DNA of 58,564 nucleotides from a virus (Duplodnaviria; Caudoviricetes): IMG/VR virus record IMGVR_UViG_3300006162_000015, positions 1 to 58,564 of that record; one strand, 5' to 3'. Shown piece by piece: positions 55,793 to 58,564 of this stretch (position 1 is its first letter; each line of letters starts with the position of its first letter). The notes under the pieces were generated by a model. It saw only the letters and a program-made list of their open reading frames with translations, ran no database searches and was not told where the DNA came from. The position numbers and the translations under genes were made by a program.

Positions 55793-56001
55793 TTGTTAAG
55801 CCTTTCTATTAAAGCTTGCGCCTGTTTTACTGCAATGTCTGCTATATCTTCTGCTGCAAGTCTAGGCCCCGCCTCGTCGGCATATGAATTAGCAAGTATG
55901 CCTTGCATAGCTACAACTGCAAAATATTCTAATTTGTTTAATCCTTGATTAACTGAATTTATTCTAGTAGGATTAGCAGGCTCTTTAGGATTTGTTTTCA
56001 T
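55789..56001 (-). CDS. Conserved small phage protein (GL-x-KLEYFA..AMQGILAN type)
   Basis: PANP...GLNKLEYFAVVAMQGILAN...AVKQAQALIERL. Confidence 0.7.
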   Translation of the reverse strand: MKTNPKEPANPTRINSVNQGLNKLEYFAVVAMQGILANSYADEAGPRLAAEDIADIAVKQAQALIERLNK

Positions 56002-56003
56002 AA

Positions 56004-56378
56004 TTACCTCTTATAAATTGTATTTGGCGGTAGATATACACGATACTTTAACCATTCCGAAATGTCAAGGTCGTCCATGTATGCAAGTGGTTTTGTCATC
56101 ACCTGGTCTACGCAAGTTACCAAGTCCAACGCGCGTATTACGTTTGCAGCCCATTCGTACCCGCCTCGGCTCCATACTGTTATGTTAGAGCCTCTATGTT
56201 TTTCTTCTTTAAGAAGTCGTATCATAGGTTCATTTGCAATCATAAGTATAAACTTTTTAGTAATAGCATCGTATACTTGTATTTTACGCCCTGGCACCGG
56301 GTTTACAGGGTCTATAGAAAATATAAGCGTACTATCTATGTCCCAGAAAGTATTGTACTCATTTTTTATTATTCGCAT
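56004..56378 (-). CDS. HAD-superfamily hydrolase
   Basis: FWDIDSTL (DxDxT), VWSRGG, KP...YMDD. Confidence 0.7.
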   Translation of the reverse strand: MRIIKNEYNTFWDIDSTLIFSIDPVNPVPGRKIQVYDAITKKFILMIANEPMIRLLKEEKHRGSNITVWSRGGYEWAANVIRALDLVTCVDQVMTKPLAYMDDLDISEWLKYRVYLPPNTIYKR

Positions 56379-56919
56379 ACCTGTCGTCCTTTAAGGTGCC
56401 TAGCTGGGCTTGCCTAAGTATCATAGCACAGCACGCCATTACAGACCCTAAGTGGTGCTGACCGTCTACAGGGTCGGTTTCTTCGCCCTCATTCCACGCG
56501 GCTATGTGCCTCATCGCCGCAGCTATTAACTGGCTCGCTTTGTGTCCTTTACAGTAGTTGTACCTGTTGTACTTCCGTTCTCCTACCATGAATGCTTTCG
56601 CGCACTCTTCTAATGCAACTTTTGGTATAAGACTAAGGTCTATTTTGCTTTGGTCGTTTTTAGACGCGCCTTGAGTTATTGGCACTACGTTTGTAGTCTC
56701 ATTTGCTAAATGTTTTGGCATAAATTCGTGCGTATTTAATACCGGTGATAGCTCAAAACGGTCTGCAAAAAACCAGCCGGACGTGCCGTGCACTGATATT
56801 CTATTTTGTGTTTTGTCAGTTTTATTTTCGTCTATTTCGACTACACGATATACTACTCCACCTTTAAGTTTTGTGTTTTCGGTATTAATGCATATTACAT
56901 CGTCGCCTACTTTAAACAT
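56359..56919 (-). CDS. dATP/dGTP diphosphohydrolase (DUF5664-like) with N-terminal SH3-like domain
   Basis: KNDQSKIDLSLIP, GERKYNRYNYCKG, AAMRHIAAW..GEETDP..G.HHL; MFKVGDDV N-domain. Confidence 0.8.
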   Translation of the reverse strand: MFKVGDDVICINTENTKLKGGVVYRVVEIDENKTDKTQNRISVHGTSGWFFADRFELSPVLNTHEFMPKHLANETTNVVPITQGASKNDQSKIDLSLIPKVALEECAKAFMVGERKYNRYNYCKGHKASQLIAAAMRHIAAWNEGEETDPVDGQHHLGSVMACCAMILRQAQLGTLKDDRYANNKK

Positions 56920-57290
56920 ACAAACTCCTTATGCCATATCTTGTAGACTTTAACTTGGTATTTACTAGTTGTCAATAGTCTAGAGTTGCCTCGGTTATAT
57001 GCGATTACGCCTCTGTTTATAGATTTATACCGTTTGATCTGCTTTTTAAGGTAGAGCGCAGCATATTTAATATTATTTTCTGGAAGATAAAGTTCTTTTT
57101 TAGAACCGCGATAGCCAAGCTGTTTTGCGGTCGAGTATTTAATCTGGCAAATACCAATGCTGTCTTCGCCGCCGTCGTTTTTGTGTATAGCCGATGCTAC
57201 GTGACGAGATTCTACGTAGCATAACGAACTTAAAAGTCCTTCAGGCAAACCGTATTGAGCAGTAAAATAAACGAATAAAAGTTGTATCAT
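56907..57290 (-). CDS. Lytic transglycosylase (SLT domain)
   Basis: YVES catalytic Glu, SIGICQI, NIKYAALYL, AYNRG. Confidence 0.88.
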   Translation of the reverse strand: MIQLLFVYFTAQYGLPEGLLSSLCYVESRHVASAIHKNDGGEDSIGICQIKYSTAKQLGYRGSKKELYLPENNIKYAALYLKKQIKRYKSINRGVIAYNRGNSRLLTTSKYQVKVYKIWHKEFVCLK

Positions 57291-57304
57291 ACAACTAGTA
57301 TCGG

Positions 57305-58000
57305 CTATTCTAAGCGTTTTGTCCAGCGGCCTTTAGAATTTAACTGCATCGGTATAAATATTGGAATACCATTTTGGATTATACCGCAGCCAAGTATTGG
57401 TTTATTCTTAAGTTTTTTACCGTAAGCAAACGCGTATGCATGTCTATCTATGAGACATCCTGCATTAAATCCAAATATGAGATGTTTTGAATTGGCATTA
57501 TACTGTATGCCTGCAAATGCATGTATATGCCCTATTATGGTGCTTTGCATATTGCCTTGTGCTGACTTAATAGCTGCTGAAGCGCCGGTAAAGCCTTCCC
57601 CGTGTTCGTATATAACGCCGTCTACTTCCCACTCGTCGCGCCATTCCCAGCCTTTAGGAGCTTGTAAGAATGCGCGGTAGTCCTTCATAAACGCTCTGGG
57701 TATACCGTGCTTATACGCGGCTCTAAAGGGCCTGGCTGTATGGTTAGACGTACATACCATTACTTTGGGGAATAGCTTATAAATAGGCTTTAAATGCTCT
57801 ATGGTCTTCTCTAGCTCTAAGCCTGCTGCCATGCCGTCTGGATCGGAGTCGTAGTCCGATATAGCCGCCGCGTCCATTTCGTCGCCTAAGCAAACTATCT
57901 GGTTTGGGCGGTATTTAGCTTTTACTTTCTTTAAAAATGCAACCGTGTCCGGGTGTTCGAAAGGGCAGTGCATATCAGGAATTGCCAGTACAATACTCAT
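57305..58000 (-). CDS. Calcineurin-like metallophosphoesterase
   Basis: PDMH, LGDEMD, SNH, HG, GHIH, NAGCL; start at MSIVLAI. Confidence 0.88.
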   Translation of the reverse strand: MSIVLAIPDMHCPFEHPDTVAFLKKVKAKYRPNQIVCLGDEMDAAAISDYDSDPDGMAAGLELEKTIEHLKPIYKLFPKVMVCTSNHTARPFRAAYKHGIPRAFMKDYRAFLQAPKGWEWRDEWEVDGVIYEHGEGFTGASAAIKSAQGNMQSTIIGHIHAFAGIQYNANSKHLIFGFNAGCLIDRHAYAFAYGKKLKNKPILGCGIIQNGIPIFIPMQLNSKGRWTKRLE

Positions 58001-58512
58001 TTTTTCTCCCAGTTCCATGTCGTTCCTCTAGCCACTTCTGAAATAGCAGATTCTGACACATTAAATTTTTTAGCTATAGTTTTCAATAAAAATCCTGATT
58101 TTCGCATTAATCTTATTTTTTCTCGTTGATCTGCGTTTAATATAGTTTTACCTACTTTAACTCCGTTTTTAAAAGCGTGCAATAAATTTTCGGCGTTTGT
58201 TACATATTCTAAATTTTCAATAGAATTGTTTAATTTATTGAGATCTTTGTGATTTACAAACAATTCAGAATATCCTATAAAAGCTTCTATAACAAGCCTA
58301 TGTACTTTAAATTGTTTAGTTTTTGCATTAGATCTTAAATTAACAACAAAATATCCTGCGCTACCAATTGACGGCGTTATAATTTTTCCTTTGTAAAATC
58401 TTTTTTGTTTGTTGATAGTTAACGTCGTCGTGTCAAGACTTTTGACTTTACCGGCGCTACTGACTTGATATCTTCCTTCATATCCTCTAATATCTTTCCA
58501 TATTTCTTGCAT
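57997..58512 (-). CDS. NUMOD4-HNH homing endonuclease
   Basis: EIWKDIRGYEGRYQVSSAGKVKS, VHRLV, VNHKD, NLEYVT..EN..HA; C-terminal HTH. Confidence 0.92.
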   Translation of the reverse strand: MQEIWKDIRGYEGRYQVSSAGKVKSLDTTTLTINKQKRFYKGKIITPSIGSAGYFVVNLRSNAKTKQFKVHRLVIEAFIGYSELFVNHKDLNKLNNSIENLEYVTNAENLLHAFKNGVKVGKTILNADQREKIRLMRKSGFLLKTIAKKFNVSESAISEVARGTTWNWEKK

Positions 58513-58564
58513 AAATCTCCATCCAATTCATATTTTATAAGGTACTGTACTATTGGTAATATAG
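58419..58564 (-). CDS. 3' part of the endonuclease VII gene that begins at 217
   Basis: After merging the 9-nt terminal overlap the frame continues ELHTILPIVQYLIKYELDG to TAA at 58419. Confidence 0.6.
   Translation of the reverse strand, partial: ILPIVQYLIKYELDGDLCKKYGKILEDMKEDIKSVAPVKSKVLTRRR

Noticed and set aside
57297-57335. Fifth sigma-28-type promoter (GCCGATAC)
   Set aside because: No TAAA at 15-16 nt spacing; the nearest CTAAAG is too far away.
1112-57680. Many opposite-strand ORFs in the track (e.g. 1112-1597, 14644-15159, 17457-17945, 26405-26911, 36745-37206)
   Set aside because: Nested antisense to well-supported genes, with no recognisable motifs.
1-58564. tRNA, rRNA, integrase or attachment sites
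   Set aside because: No cloverleaf or T-arm signatures or recombinase motifs noticed by eye; a tRNAscan or HMM run would be needed to exclude them fully.

Overview
The window is a lytic dsDNA tailed phage (podovirus-like gene set) and is probably the whole circular genome: the last 9 nt (gtaatatag) repeat the first 9, and an endonuclease VII ORF reads in frame across the join. It holds a recombination module (Rad50/Mre11-like pair, RecA, endonuclease VII), a replication module (family A polymerase, primase-helicase, SSB), head, tail and ejection proteins, lysis genes, about 8 homing-type endonucleases and an accessory island (MoxR AAA+/VWA-metallopeptidase pair, subtilase, many small SH3-like proteins). 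I saw no integrase, RNA polymerase, tRNA or CRISPR array. The most striking feature is the major capsid gene, split into five exons (41634-41699, 41547-41586, 40624-40676, 38948-40007, 38652-38731; 432 aa when joined). Three complete group I introns and a 47-nt core-less mini-intron separate them. The mini-intron keeps only the guide sequence, the U-G splice-site wobble and the terminal G, and its tail base-pairs with exon 2 next to the neighbouring ribozyme. Other signals: about 10 unrelated small proteins share a C-terminal (T/S)-x-LE(K/R)IIY tag; sigma-28-type promoters with nested sigma-70 promoters; a candidate late-promoter motif; a stand-alone paralog of a capsid domain; and a methyltransferase apparently captured from a host restriction-modification operon. 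All calls come from reading motifs by eye; no database searches or folding programs were run.
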